A stretch of DNA of 64,000 nucleotides from an uncultured delta proteobacterium (GTDB taxonomy: Bacteria > Desulfobacterota > Syntrophia > Syntrophales > Smithellaceae): positions 576,001 through 640,000 of the forward strand of contig CAVWEH010000005.1 of assembly GCA_963753975.1 (NCBI GenBank). The letters are read 5' to 3'. The translations under genes and the position numbers were made by a program. The stretch's first letter is position 1, and every line of letters starts with the position of its first letter. Positions 51,701 to 61,105 of this stretch are shown here, piece by piece. The notes below the pieces were generated by a model. It was given only the letters and a program-made list of their open reading frames with translations. It had not been told where the DNA came from and ran no database searches.

Positions 51701-52307
51701 CTTTTACTTCCTTAATAATATCGTTGAGCCGCAGCAAATTTTGTTTGGTTGCTTCCATTTTGCGGACCGCGGCATCTTTGCGGCTTTTGTATTTGGATAC
51801 TCCGGCGGCGTCTTCAATATATAATCTTCTATCCTCGGGCTTGGCTTCGACAAGGCTCGCCACATTTCCCTGTTCGACCAGGGAATAGGTTCTTGCACCG
51901 ACGCCTGTGCTCATGAAAAATTCCCGAACATCCAGAAGCCGGCAAGGAACCCGGTTGAGATAGTATTCGCTTTCGCCGTCGCGGACAACTTTGCGCGAAA
52001 TTGATATTTCACTCAATTCGGAATAATCGCCGGGAAAGGTTTGTCCATTGGCAGCCAGAGTCATGGTGACTTCCGCCACGCCGACGCCTTCCGATTCCTG
52101 ACTGCCGTTAAAAATAACATCATCCATTTTTTTCCCGCGCAGAATTTTAACCCTTTGTTCACCCATTACCCAGCGGATGGCGTCAACGACGTTGGACTTT
52201 CCACAACCGTTAGGTCCGACGATAGCCGTAATGCCTTCGGAAAAATCCAAAACGGCCTTGTCCCGAAATGATTTAAACCCCAATATTTCCAGTTTCTTTA
52301 AGTTCAT
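48759..52307 (-). CDS. smc: Chromosome segregation protein SMC
   Basis: GPNGCGKSN, coiled coils, hinge, LSGGE, LDEVDAALD. Confidence 0.97.
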   Translation of the reverse strand: MNLKKLEILGFKSFRDKAVLDFSEGITAIVGPNGCGKSNVVDAIRWVMGEQRVKILRGKKMDDVIFNGSQESEGVGVAEVTMTLAANGQTFPGDYSELSEISISRKVVRDGESEYYLNRVPCRLLDVREFFMSTGVGARTYSLVEQGNVASLVEAKPEDRRLYIEDAAGVSKYKSRKDAAVRKMEATKQNLLRLNDIIKEVKAQLNAISRQAKRAEQYKVIKERIKETELTIALQGYTELFEKGSLLQARRNEMQDQESGIRANLEAKESALEELKTKLLENEESIAKNQQELYEIKNTISIKEKNIEFARHQMSDISERKKKDLAEIEQLRTKASGLDAEIKNMQESVTKAESLIATLKKEHDEGRQKVQELINTDKEINNQLEEKKILYIDVVTEKAKLKNMVSSLGKNIEDLKKREERESREINEGKNKLGDLTGKLQSVNEGLISGGEEIHQLEEKRETISGEIEKSKADLQLSEEKIAQIKEKTGAQSSRLNSLKEFQESYKWGNEGIKVVIESKDSRDKFYGVVADHINVPREYEAAVEAVLGEKLQYVIVKSQEDGVWAIDYLKNYQLGRGSFVPVEARNHNEELTSAKHPREAEPLLQKIKVKEDFKKIADCLLGDVLLIPTIENGLSLWKKNGFRGTFVTREGDLISPQGVLSGGSGAAVEKSLLSTKREIAELETELAALNSNLDTETSRKNKLALVLAQWEEEIGQIKAGIHSLEIDINSRKKDQERFDDEVKTTKQRLAALEFNRQNIKAEETEAREKMQQINSDVSRKDAEEKEINEIISSFNAKKEQSRTAIDEQERYLTGKKIELASLDEKKEADLRTIFRLQNDIKSIENEILAKKEEIVSCDMQLDELAKTIETEQANLQELYRGFEAQEAVLSKKKAGQSNEDEQLKAKENEIRETKKKLDDLRQKINDMEIQCREAALNADNVTRAIREKYNVDWESMFSSFTKVDGEKIEELNSVLEKDKQAIDGFGEVNLLALNEYEELDKRYQFLSTQISDLNSSLNTLQRTITRINRISRTRFADTFAAINTCFKEVFAHIFPGGRGELLLTDENDLLETGVDIDIQIPGKKAQSVGLLSGGEKSLAAVALIFAILMHRPSPFLVLDEVDAALDDANTNLFNNLIKDVAQKSQIVMITHNKTTMEVADTLFGVTMQKHGISSLVSVNLN

Positions 52308-52380
52308 AGTTAATCATTAGCGCAACGATAAAAATTTGTAAAATCTTAACAAAAGAAATTTCCTTTGTAAAGAGAAAATA

Positions 52381-52425
52381 CAACAAAATGTGGTGTTGAT
52401 ATAATTATACCACAATATGTAGTAC
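52381..52425. promoter_or_regulatory. Tandem NrdR-box-like sites upstream of smc
   Basis: CAACAAAATGTGGTGT (52381) and CCACAATATGTAGTAC (52410) versus consensus acaCwAtATaTwGtgt. Confidence 0.55.
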
Positions 52426-52694
52426 TTTGATCTTTTTTGCCTTTTTCCCGGAGCTTCCCGTTCACCGGGCAATCTTATAGGCGGAAATGTGCCTGATAAC
52501 GTTAATTTTGCGGTCAAAAAGCATGTCCAACCTACGATGAAGATTGCGGCTTAAATTGTATATTATTTTCAGGAGTCCATCTCATATAGCTAAGCACAAT
52601 GCAAATAAAAAGTTTGTTTGTATGCCGATGTAAGGAGAATCGGCATAATACGATATGCAAGATATGCTACCGGGTACCTTAAATTAGCGATGGT

Positions 52695-53543
52695 TTATGA
52701 CTGGAGATAGCTGTGCAAACCGGGAAGATAATTCACTCCCAGATAGGTGAACAAAATAGATACGAAGCCGATAAGGGCAAGCACGGCCAGGCGTTTTCCC
52801 CGCCAGCCTCGGACATACCGGGCATGCAACATAATTGCGTAGATGAGCCAGGTGATGAGGGACCATGTCTCTTTAGGGTCCCAACTCCAGTAAGAGCCCC
52901 AGGCGTAATGAGCCCAGATGGATCCGGTCATGATTCCAATGGTGAGAAAGACAAAACCCAGAGCTATACTCTGATAAATTAATGCATCAAGGATGGCCAG
53001 AGACGGCAGCTTTCCAGGAAAGCCGGATGGCTTCTCTTTATCATCTTTTTCCATGTTTTTCAGCAGGTAGAGCAGGCCGCAGGCGAAGGCCACGGTGAAG
53101 GCGGCGTAACCCATAAAACAGGTTACGACATGCGTTGTCAGCCAGTTACTTTGCAACGCGGGAATGAGGGGCTCGATGCGATTGTTGATATCGGGTGAGA
53201 TGGAGGCATAAGCCATGGCCAGAAATGCTATGGGTACGGCAAAGACACCTATGCTTCTATTTTTGGTGCGCCATTCGAGAATAAGGTAAATCAAAATAAT
53301 TGCCCACGCGAAGAAAATCATGGATTCGAAAAGGTTCGCGAGAGGCGCATGTCCTATTCCCAGATCGTAGGATGATTTCCATCTTAAAAGCAGCGCCAGC
53401 GTTTGCAGCACCAGTCCCGTCCAGGCTAAAAAAGAAGCGGCGCGTCCCCAGAATTCTTTTCCGAAAATCATCCGGAAAAGATATAAAACAAAGGAGGCAA
53501 AATAGGCAAAAGTAACCCAGCTTAAAATCATCAAGTGGTTCAT
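52695..53543 (-). CDS. resC: System II cytochrome c biogenesis protein ResC/CcsA
   Basis: GHAPLANLFES, PALQSNWLTTHV, WGSYWSWDPKE (WWD), GLHSY. Confidence 0.95.
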   Translation of the reverse strand: MNHLMILSWVTFAYFASFVLYLFRMIFGKEFWGRAASFLAWTGLVLQTLALLLRWKSSYDLGIGHAPLANLFESMIFFAWAIILIYLILEWRTKNRSIGVFAVPIAFLAMAYASISPDINNRIEPLIPALQSNWLTTHVVTCFMGYAAFTVAFACGLLYLLKNMEKDDKEKPSGFPGKLPSLAILDALIYQSIALGFVFLTIGIMTGSIWAHYAWGSYWSWDPKETWSLITWLIYAIMLHARYVRGWRGKRLAVLALIGFVSILFTYLGVNYLPGLHSYLQS

Positions 53544-54881
53544 GCTTTCAACTCCTGAGCAATCCGCCTGCACAAATTATCTATTTGCCGCTCGAGTACG
53601 GCGCTATTGCGGTTGCTTCGGCCGGCAACACTGATTCGGATTTTTGTTCCTTCTTGCTCCATCTGTACCCAAAGGCGTTGATGCGACCAAAAAAAGACGA
53701 GCATTAGACCGGCAACCATAAGCGCTGCTCCAACCGCGACCAGAGGAACGCCGGAATCACTAACAATACGCAAACCGGTGTAGTATTCTTGTTCGATCCG
53801 GTTAAGGGAAAAGACTAAGGGTCTGAAAAGGCCGGGATTGAAGATAGGTACTTTAGATGTGAGACCGGGATTGGCCGCCGCAATCTCGTCGATGTGCTGA
53901 AAAACCCAGAATTGGACATCCTTTTGCGGTGAAGTAATCCTGAGTTTTACAGCCGGTCCCAGTTGCATAATGTTTTCTTCGACGCGCAAGACAGTGGCCT
54001 TGGCGTTTTGTTCCCGTATGTCAAACGTATCGCCTGCCGTAAGAACTATTTCTCTGTTTTTCTTGCCGGCTGATTGTATATGTAATTACAGCCTTAATTT
54101 CCGACGATGTGCCGTAACTTTCCTGATAAAAATGCAGTCCCTCGAAAGTAATGGGATGATTGACCAATAGAGATCCCTGCTGGATCACTTGCCCCTTCTT
54201 GATAAAGCTCAAATCGGAGCGGTAAGTTTTTGGAGCGCCGTTTTCGTAAAATTCAACGGTAAATTTATCACAGCGTACTGAAAAATCGAGTTTAAGCATT
54301 CCTTTCCCATCCGCGAGCTCGGCAACATTTACCGATTCGCCTTCTTTGATATTTACGTTGGCCGTGAAGCCAAAGATAGAACCGATGATAGCCCCCGCAA
54401 TCATTAGCAGAATACTCAGATGCACCGCGTAAACGCCAAAAAGAGAATAGCGTCCCCGTTCACCATAGAAAAGACGTCCTTTTTCTTCAGCAATTTTTTG
54501 AACAGATTTATATTTTGCTTTTAGACAGGATTCGATGGTTGTGCTGATTCTGTTTGTTTCTTTATCTGTGATGATCAACTGGCTTGGAGGCAGGTTCTCG
54601 AAGAGGCCCGCCGGCTCCGGGAAAGGTGAAGATTTATATTGTTTAAGGGATAGAGGAAAACGGTTTATGGAGCAAACGATCAGATTGAGCGATAAAAGCC
54701 CCATCAGTGCATAAAATATCGGCGAGTGATAAAGGTCGGTCAACCACGCAAATTTCTGCGCTGTATCTTGCTGGGGGATGAAAGTAGCTGTAATAAAGAC
54801 AAGGACAATTAGAACCAGAAGGACGATTGTCAGTTTTACGGAAGAAAAAAATGACCACAGAGGGTTTAACTTCTTTGGCAA
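53540..54881 (-). CDS. resB: System II cytochrome c biogenesis protein ResB (frameshift near 54050)
   Basis: FSSVKLTI, CSINR, VHLSILL, VNHPITF, YTGL...GVP. Confidence 0.9.
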
Positions 54882-55030
54882 CAGAGGTTCTCCTTCTTTA
54901 CCAGTTTATTTTAAATATCATCTAATATCTTTCGTGTCAAAAAGAACGTCGTATCGCTTTTTGCTAATGAAGAAAAAAATAGGGCACTGACCTAATTTGC
55001 CGACCGGCCCGCATTCTTAAACCGGTTTTT

Positions 55031-55678
55031 TTATTTACGGCCAATCATCAGAAACATTTTAAACAAACGGGTCTGGCCGTCGCTAATTGGTTTTTCAACC
55101 TGAGCAGCCACCCGATGCCGAACATCACGAAATCCCGCGTCTATGAACAGTTGCTGCAAGACTTCCCGATCAAATCCGAAGTGAAATACGCCATCATTAT
55201 TGCTGTGAAACTGGCCATCGTCCAAATCCAGATCGGCAATACACAGGGTTCCGGAAGGATGTAAAGCCTGATAGAACAGTTTCAACAGAGGACCGATCTC
55301 TTTAATATGATGCATGGTCATACTGCTCACAATCAGATGATAAGAACCGTCCAGAACATCACCCTTGTCCAGATCAAGATATTTGGCTTTTACATTGCTC
55401 AGGTTTCGTTCTTTGATCTTTGTTTTAAAGGCGTCGAGCATTCCCCGAGAACTATCCACACCGATTAGGGAACGGACAAAAGGCTGTAAGGCAAATGTCA
55501 GAAGTCCCGTGCCGCAGCCAAAATCCAGAACGTCCATACCGGGCGTTAAGGTTATCTCCTGAATCACACTCTGAGCTATGTCCTGAGCGACTTTTACACG
55601 TTCAGGAACCTGATCCCAAAGGGTTGCTTCCTGATCGAAATTTCGTTTTTTGGTTTTTATCTCAATTTTTTTCGACAT
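55031..55678 (-). CDS. Class I SAM-dependent methyltransferase
   Basis: LDFGCGTG, VDSS, SMTMHHI, IADLD, HFGF. Confidence 0.85.
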   Translation of the reverse strand: MSKKIEIKTKKRNFDQEATLWDQVPERVKVAQDIAQSVIQEITLTPGMDVLDFGCGTGLLTFALQPFVRSLIGVDSSRGMLDAFKTKIKERNLSNVKAKYLDLDKGDVLDGSYHLIVSSMTMHHIKEIGPLLKLFYQALHPSGTLCIADLDLDDGQFHSNNDGVFHFGFDREVLQQLFIDAGFRDVRHRVAAQVEKPISDGQTRLFKMFLMIGRK

Positions 55679-55792
55679 TTATTATGCCTCGGCTGTTTAT
55701 TGCTGTTTTGACGATAGATACATTACCGCAAAAATACAAGAACAATCATTTATTCATCTGAAAATTCCCGGAAGCAGGAAAAATTTTAGCCC

Positions 55793-55821
55793 TTGACAAG
55801 TTATGAGCATATGCCTATAAT
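55793..55821 (+). promoter_or_regulatory. Consensus sigma70 promoter overlapped by a 20-bp palindromic operator
   Basis: TTGACA-17-TATAAT; TTATGAGCAT/ATGCCTATAA at 55801-55820. Confidence 0.85.
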
Positions 55822-55846
55822 AGCTTGAAAGGAGCAATAAAGAAGA

Positions 55847-56194
55847 ATGCCCCGACCCAAGTGTTGCCGTCATGTTTGCGGCATTCCGAATAAAAATTAT
55901 TTCAAGCCACGGGGAATACCCGCTTCCGATCTGGAAGAGGTCGTGCTGAATCTTGATGAATACGAAGCGGTTCGTCTGGCGGATTACGAACAGTTTTATC
56001 AGGAAGAGGCAGCGGCCGGAATGAATATTTCCCGCCAAACATTCGGCAGAATCATCGAAGCGGCGCACAAAAAGATTGCCGATGTCCTGATCAACGGAAA
56101 GGCATTGAAAATTGAAGGCGGCGAAGTTGCTCTTGACGAAACAAAGCCGTGCGGCTACGGAAAAGGACGCGGGGCTAAGAAAGATACCCAATAA
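55847..56194 (+). CDS. DUF134 family HTH DNA-binding protein
   Basis: MPRPKCCR, FKPRG, EYEAVRLAD, MNISRQTF, GKALKIEGG. Confidence 0.9.
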   Translation: MPRPKCCRHVCGIPNKNYFKPRGIPASDLEEVVLNLDEYEAVRLADYEQFYQEEAAAGMNISRQTFGRIIEAAHKKIADVLINGKALKIEGGEVALDETKPCGYGKGRGAKKDTQ

Positions 56195-56216
56195 TATTTT
56201 TTTAAAGGAGAAATTT

Positions 56217-56579
56217 ATGAAAATCGCATTACCATCAAACCAGAACCAGATTGACGAACATTTCGGACATTGTGAACACTTCACGGTCTTCACGATTGAC
56301 GAACAGAAGAAAATTCAGTCGGAGGAAAAAATCGCCTCGCCCGCCGGTTGCGGCTGCAAATCCAACATCGCCCAGACACTCGCCGACAAAGGCGTAAAAC
56401 TCATGCTGGCTGGCAACATGGGACAAGGAGCTGTTAATGTATTGAACAGCCACGGAATTGATGTTTTACGTGGATGTTCAGGCGATGTGAAAGCAGTTAC
56501 TGAATGCTGGCTTACAGGCAATCTGAAAGATTCGGGAATCGCCTGCAGTCAGCATGAACACGGATGTCATGAAGATTGA
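56217..56579 (+). CDS. NifB/NifX-family cluster-binding protein
   Basis: HFGHCEHF, GCGCKS, AGNMGQGA, Cys/His tail. Confidence 0.9.
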   Translation: MKIALPSNQNQIDEHFGHCEHFTVFTIDEQKKIQSEEKIASPAGCGCKSNIAQTLADKGVKLMLAGNMGQGAVNVLNSHGIDVLRGCSGDVKAVTECWLTGNLKDSGIACSQHEHGCHED

Positions 56580-56717
56580 TATCACGTTCAGCAAGCATTT
56601 TGTATAAGTAAGACGCGAGCAGAAACCGTCGCAAGCAGTGACAGCGCTTGCAGGATCAGAAAGAATGTTGTAATTTTTTTTACGTTCGGTTATATTTGAA
56701 AGAGGTAAATCTTTCAT

Positions 56718-58076
56718 ATGAACACTCGTCAATCCAAAAAAAATATTCTTTTTAATCTTGGTGACGAACAAAATATCATTCTCGATTCCATTGCCGATGG
56801 CGTTTTTACTGTCGATCAGGAATGGCACATTACATCCTTTAACCGCGCGGCGGAAAAGATTACGGGCGTTTCCAGGCAGGAAGCCGTCGGCCAACTCTGC
56901 AAGGATGTCTTGAAAGCGGATATTTGTGAGAAAAGTTGCTGCCTGCGCCTGACCATGAAAACAGGGAAGCCGATTGTTAATAAAAAAGTGCATATTATTA
57001 ACGCTGATGGCAGAAGGTTTCCCATCAGTATTTCCACAGCCCTGCTACGAGACAAAGACGGCACGCTTCTGGGCGCGGTTGAAACCTTTCGGGATATCAG
57101 CGTTGAAGAAGACCTGCGTAAAGTCATCAAAGCAAAATATTCTTTTGCGGATATCATCTCGAAAAACCATAAAATGCTTCAACTGTTCGATATTCTTCCC
57201 GACATTGCGGTAAGCCAAAGCACGATTCTGATCGAGGGGGAAAGCGGCACGGGAAAAGAACTTTTCGCCCGCGCAATGCATAACCTTAGCCCGAGAAAAA
57301 AGCAGCCGTTTATTGCTGTTAATTGCAGTGCCCTGCCGGACACTTTGCTGGAGTCGGAACTCTTCGGTTATAAAGCGGGCGCATTTACCGACGCGAAAAA
57401 AGACAAACCTGGCCGATTCCGCTTGGCCGAAAACGGCACTCTGTTTCTCGACGAAATCGGAGATATCACACCGGCCATGCAGATGAGACTTTTACGCGTT
57501 TTGCAGGAAAAAACCTACGAACCACTGGGCGCGACGGAAACTGTCGAGCACAATGTGCGCATGATCGCGGCCACTAATAAAAATCTTGAGGAACTTATCC
57601 GACAGGGGCGCTTCCGGGAAGATCTGTTCTACCGGATTAACGTATTTAAAATTACCCTCCCCCCGCTGCGCGAACGCATGGAAGATATTCCCTTGCTGGC
57701 CGAACATTTTATTTCCAGCTTCAATGCGCTTCAAAAAAAGGATATTGCGGGTGTAAGCGACGAGGCCATGGCTGTTTTAATGGCTTATGCCTATCCGGGC
57801 AATATCCGCGAACTGGCCAATATTATCGAAAGGTCTTTTATTCTTTGCAAAACAGGATTCATCGAAAAAAAGCATCTGCCGGAAGCGCTTTTTATAGGAT
57901 CCGCAGGCCGTGCTGCAAACGATTTCCTGTCTCTCAAAGATATGGAATCCACCTATCTGATTAATGCCCTCAGGCAAAACAACTGGAATCGCCTGCAAAC
58001 CGCAAGACAACTGGGTATGCATAAAAGCACGCTGTATCGCAAGATCAAATCCATGGGTCTTTCTCTTCCCCGATAA
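56718..58076 (+). CDS. PAS-domain sigma54 activator (OrpR-like)
   Basis: Cys-containing PAS (C..VL..DICEKSC), [24 protein letters not shown]. Confidence 0.9.
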   Translation: MNTRQSKKNILFNLGDEQNIILDSIADGVFTVDQEWHITSFNRAAEKITGVSRQEAVGQLCKDVLKADICEKSCCLRLTMKTGKPIVNKKVHIINADGRRFPISISTALLRDKDGTLLGAVETFRDISVEEDLRKVIKAKYSFADIISKNHKMLQLFDILPDIAVSQSTILIEGESGTGKELFARAMHNLSPRKKQPFIAVNCSALPDTLLESELFGYKAGAFTDAKKDKPGRFRLAENGTLFLDEIGDITPAMQMRLLRVLQEKTYEPLGATETVEHNVRMIAATNKNLEELIRQGRFREDLFYRINVFKITLPPLRERMEDIPLLAEHFISSFNALQKKDIAGVSDEAMAVLMAYAYPGNIRELANIIERSFILCKTGFIEKKHLPEALFIGSAGRAANDFLSLKDMESTYLINALRQNNWNRLQTARQLGMHKSTLYRKIKSMGLSLPR

Positions 58077-58087
58077 TTGTTATAATG

Positions 58088-58134
58088 GTTGCATTAATGC
58101 AACTTAGTCGCGATAATAGTCGTATTATTGCATC
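58088..58134. promoter_or_regulatory. Enhancer-like palindromes
   Basis: Perfect GTTGCATTAATGCAAC and 12/16 copy GTCGTATTATTGCATC starting 31 bp later. Confidence 0.65.
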
Positions 58135-58209
58135 TTCATTCCTCTTAAAACAAATCAATAAAAAATTATAAGTTATTGTTGTTACTAATTTAATTAAAAA
58201 CTTTACCTT

Positions 58210-58226
58210 TTGGCATTTGCCTTGCA
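58210..58226 (+). promoter_or_regulatory. Sigma54 -24/-12 promoter of the orp-like operon
   Basis: TTGGCATTTGCCTTGCA, GG-N10-GC. Confidence 0.8.
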
Positions 58227-58286
58227 ATTCTTTTTACACATGAAAGCAAATTGCGCCACCAATCAAACCGGAAAGGCACAAAAAGG

Positions 58287-58679
58287 ATGAAGATTGCCCT
58301 GTCTGTATGGAAAGATTATATCTCTACCGTTTTTGATACGGCGGATCAGCTTTTGGTTCTGGAAATCGACAGGGCAGACGGCCAGAAACGAACGATGGTT
58401 AAATTGAACATCGCGGATGTCGCGGGAAGGGCAAACCAGATCAAGGAAAAGCAAATAGAAGTATTGATTTGTGGTGCAATTTCCCGGTCCCTAGAAGCGT
58501 CGCTCATCTCACTTGGTATTCGGGTATATGCTTTTGTGCGAGGGCCCGTGGAAGAGATTCTTGCCGCCTATCAAAGCGGCAGTTTGGATCATGTGATCTT
58601 TGCAATGCCCGGCTGCCGCGGGCGCGGGTGTTCGGGCAACCGCAGGCAAAACCGCCCGAGGAGAAGCAACTGGAGGTAA
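58287..58679 (+). CDS. NifB/NifX-like protein
   Basis: ISTVFD, LICGAIS, G.VEEIL.AY, MPGCRGR. Confidence 0.8.
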   Translation: MKIALSVWKDYISTVFDTADQLLVLEIDRADGQKRTMVKLNIADVAGRANQIKEKQIEVLICGAISRSLEASLISLGIRVYAFVRGPVEEILAAYQSGSLDHVIFAMPGCRGRGCSGNRRQNRPRRSNWR

Positions 58680-58759
58680 GTTGCGATGCGGCTTTACGGA
58701 TGGCTGTTGTCGCGACCCGCGATAAGAAAAGGCTCTCAAACAACAAGGAGGAAAAACCA

Positions 58760-58912
58760 ATGATTGGAAGAAATCGCGGCGGAAGAGGAATGGGAGGCGC
58801 TGGTGGCACTTGCTTATGCCCGCAATGTGGTCATCGCCAACCGCATGGGCGAGATGTGCCATGCACTCAGGTAAAATGTCCGCAGTGTGGGAGGACAATG
58901 ATTAGGGAATAA
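58760..58912 (+). CDS. Small Gly/Cys-rich metal-binding protein (50 aa)
   Basis: AGGAGG RBS; GGTCLCPQCG...PC...CPQCG..M.R. Confidence 0.75.
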   Translation: MIGRNRGGRGMGGAGGTCLCPQCGHRQPHGRDVPCTQVKCPQCGRTMIRE

Positions 58913-58922
58913 TGTCATAAAA

Positions 58923-59159
58923 ATGGAGGCTACGACAATGCCAAGAGGAGACAAAACCGGACCGCAGGGTAAAGGACCGGGAACAGGGCAAGGAAAGGGG
59001 CGCTGTGGATGGAAAGGCTCTCCGCGATCAGTGGGTAAACCCGGACAAGGCCAGGTGCAGAGCCAGAGAGAAGGTCAAGGTCGGCAAAACCGGTCTCGGT
59101 CGAAGAAGACAAAAACAAGGATAAAAACTTATTTAAGAAAGGAGAATGATCATGCCTAG
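58923..59159 (+). CDS. DUF5320-like Gly-rich small protein
   Basis: MPRGDKTGP.G.GP.TG.G.G.C; likely start 58938. Confidence 0.6.
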   Translation: MEATTMPRGDKTGPQGKGPGTGQGKGRCGWKGSPRSVGKPGQGQVQSQREGQGRQNRSRSKKTKTRIKTYLRKENDHA

Positions 59160-59526
59160 AGGAGATGCAACAGGCCCCACGGGAATGGGACCAATGACCG
59201 GCCGGGGGGCCGGATATTGTGCAGGTTATAATATGCCTGGTTATTTAAATAACGCCGGAGGACGCGGTTTCGGTATTGGCTTTGGACGCGGATTTGGTTT
59301 CGGCGGCCGCGGTGGTCGCGGCGGCGGATTCGGGTGGCGAAATCGCTTTTTCGCTACCGGTGTACCAGGCTTTGCGTGGTTTGGTGGTACTGCCGCGCCT
59401 TATCAAAATCTTGATCCGGAGACAGAGAAGCAAGCTTTGAATTATCAGGCAGAGGCATTACAATCAGAAATGGACGCAATTAGAAAACGTCTGGGCGACT
59501 TAGAAGGAAAAGCCAAGACAAAATAA
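59152..59526 (+). CDS. DUF5320 family protein
   Basis: MPRGDATGP.GMGPMTGRGAGYC, G/R/F-rich middle, coiled-coil tail. Confidence 0.85.
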   Translation: MPRGDATGPTGMGPMTGRGAGYCAGYNMPGYLNNAGGRGFGIGFGRGFGFGGRGGRGGGFGWRNRFFATGVPGFAWFGGTAAPYQNLDPETEKQALNYQAEALQSEMDAIRKRLGDLEGKAKTK

Positions 59527-59575
59527 TTTCCACCCGCTCAGCTTTTTTCAACAGCAGGATTTTGGAATAAGCGAC

Positions 59576-59616
59576 ACAACGATCGCGTCATCTACTTTGA
59601 ATGGCGCGGTCGTTGT
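59576..59616 (+). other. Intra-operon 16-bp RNA hairpin
   Basis: ACAACGATCGCGTCAT / ATGGCGCGGTCGTTGT, two G-U pairs, no U-tract. Confidence 0.5.
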
Positions 59617-59650
59617 CGACTGTTTCCGTTAAGCTTAAGGGGAATAAGCA

Positions 59651-60013
59651 ATGAAAATAGCATTTACAACTTCAGGAAATGATTTGAGCTCTCCACTGGA
59701 CAGCCGTTTTGGACGGGCGCCGAAATTTCTCATCTACGATCTGGAGGCGAACATCTTCGAAATCGTCGATAATGAGCAGAACCTGAATGCGGCGCAGGGC
59801 GCAGGCATCCAGTCCGCGCAGAGCATCGCCCGCCTGGGTACGAAGGCGCTCATCACCGGGCATTGCGGCCCGAAAGCGTTTCGCGTGCTCATTGCGGCAG
59901 GTATCAAAATCTACAACACATCCGCCGCGACTGTATCGGAAGCGTTGAACCTTTACGTTGCCGGTAAACTGGCCGAGGCAACATCCGCCGACGTTGAAGG
60001 TCACTGGGTATGA
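59651..60013 (+). CDS. Orange protein-like NifB/NifX-family protein
   Basis: DSRFGRA, AQGAGIQSAQ, TGHCGPKAF. Confidence 0.85.
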   Translation: MKIAFTTSGNDLSSPLDSRFGRAPKFLIYDLEANIFEIVDNEQNLNAAQGAGIQSAQSIARLGTKALITGHCGPKAFRVLIAAGIKIYNTSAATVSEALNLYVAGKLAEATSADVEGHWV

Positions 60014-60501
60014 ATCTGTGTGATATTCTTTATTGGTCTATCGGCATTATCCACAGCGAGCATACGATTGTGGAAAAAACGCCCATCCAACCTGTTTACG
60101 CCAAAGGGTGCAAGGGGTATGTCGATCTGTGTCCGGAGTTTGTCGATGGTTTGCGTGATCTTAGCGATTTTTCGCATATTTATCTGATTTACCATTTTCA
60201 CCAGGCGCGTTCTGTCCAACTTCTGGTCAAACCGTATCTTCAGAATATTGAACACGGCATTTTTGCCACACGTGCGCCGTTCCGCCCTAATCCTATCGGT
60301 TTAAGTGTTGTGGAACTGCTCGGCATTGAAGGCAATATTTTGCATTTGGACGGCGTGGATATCCTGGACGGCACACCGCTTCTGGACATCAAACCCTACA
60401 TAGCCAAGTTTGATCGGTTCGAAGTGAGTCGAAGCGGATGGCAGGATGAAGTGGACGAAGCTACCGCTCATAAGCGCGGGAAAAGGGATTATAAAAAATG
60501 A
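60010..60501 (+). CDS. tsaA: TsaA/TrmO-family SAM-binding protein
   Basis: TPIQP, GIFATRAPFRPNPIGLS, DGTPLLDIKPY. Confidence 0.85.
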   Translation: MNLCDILYWSIGIIHSEHTIVEKTPIQPVYAKGCKGYVDLCPEFVDGLRDLSDFSHIYLIYHFHQARSVQLLVKPYLQNIEHGIFATRAPFRPNPIGLSVVELLGIEGNILHLDGVDILDGTPLLDIKPYIAKFDRFEVSRSGWQDEVDEATAHKRGKRDYKK

Positions 60502-61105
60502 AGCCGACACTTATTGCAACCGAACTCAGAGCGCATGCCCCATTTACAGCATTTGGAACAGTAACGGGCATTGTAATTATGGCCGCTTTTATTCAATTTC
60601 AGATATCGAGGGAAATTTCGGCCACGCTCTTCTGGTCCTTCCATCCTCTGCACGTGCTGGTAAGCGCTTTAGTGACTACCGCTATGTACCGGCTGCGTTC
60701 AAAAGGAGAAATTTTACCCACAATCATCATCGGATATTTAGGTTCCGTAGGCATCGCAACACTCAGCGATTCCCTAATTCCTTTTGTCGGAGAATGGTTA
60801 CTAAATATGCCCCATCGCGGCGTTCATCTGGGCTTTATCGAAAAATGGTGGCTGATCAATCCGCTGGCGCTGGCCGGTATAGCGCTGGGATACATAAAGC
60901 CAACAACGACATTTTCTCACGCAATCCATGTTTTTTTAAGCACCTGGGCGTCGTTGTTTCATATTCTGATGGCATTAGGAACATCCATCGATGTCGTGTT
61001 ATTTTGGTGGCCGTCTTTTTATTTTTAGCGGTTTGGATACCCTGTTGCACCAGTGACATTGTTTTCCCTTTGCTCTGGATTAAAAAAGCAGGAGACACAA
61101 CATGA
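60498..61105 (+). CDS. His-rich hypothetical membrane protein (frameshift near 61000)
   Basis: HAPFT, FHPLHV, HAIHV; shifted frame FLFLAVWIPCCTSDIVFPLL. Confidence 0.7.

Noticed and set aside
48759..52307. SMC plus phosphoesterase as a Wadjet or SbcCD-like defence system
   Set aside because: Canonical hinge-containing Smc in the usual smc-ftsY context; the phosphoesterase is PPP-like; no jet genes.
3316..61105. Frameshifts in the NtrC regulator, nitroreductase, rluD, pgeF, ilvD, gatC, resB and the 60498 membrane gene as pseudogenes or programmed frameshifts
   Set aside because: Single-base indels, several in homopolymers, in otherwise intact and partly essential genes; most likely assembly error. 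Read mapping would decide.
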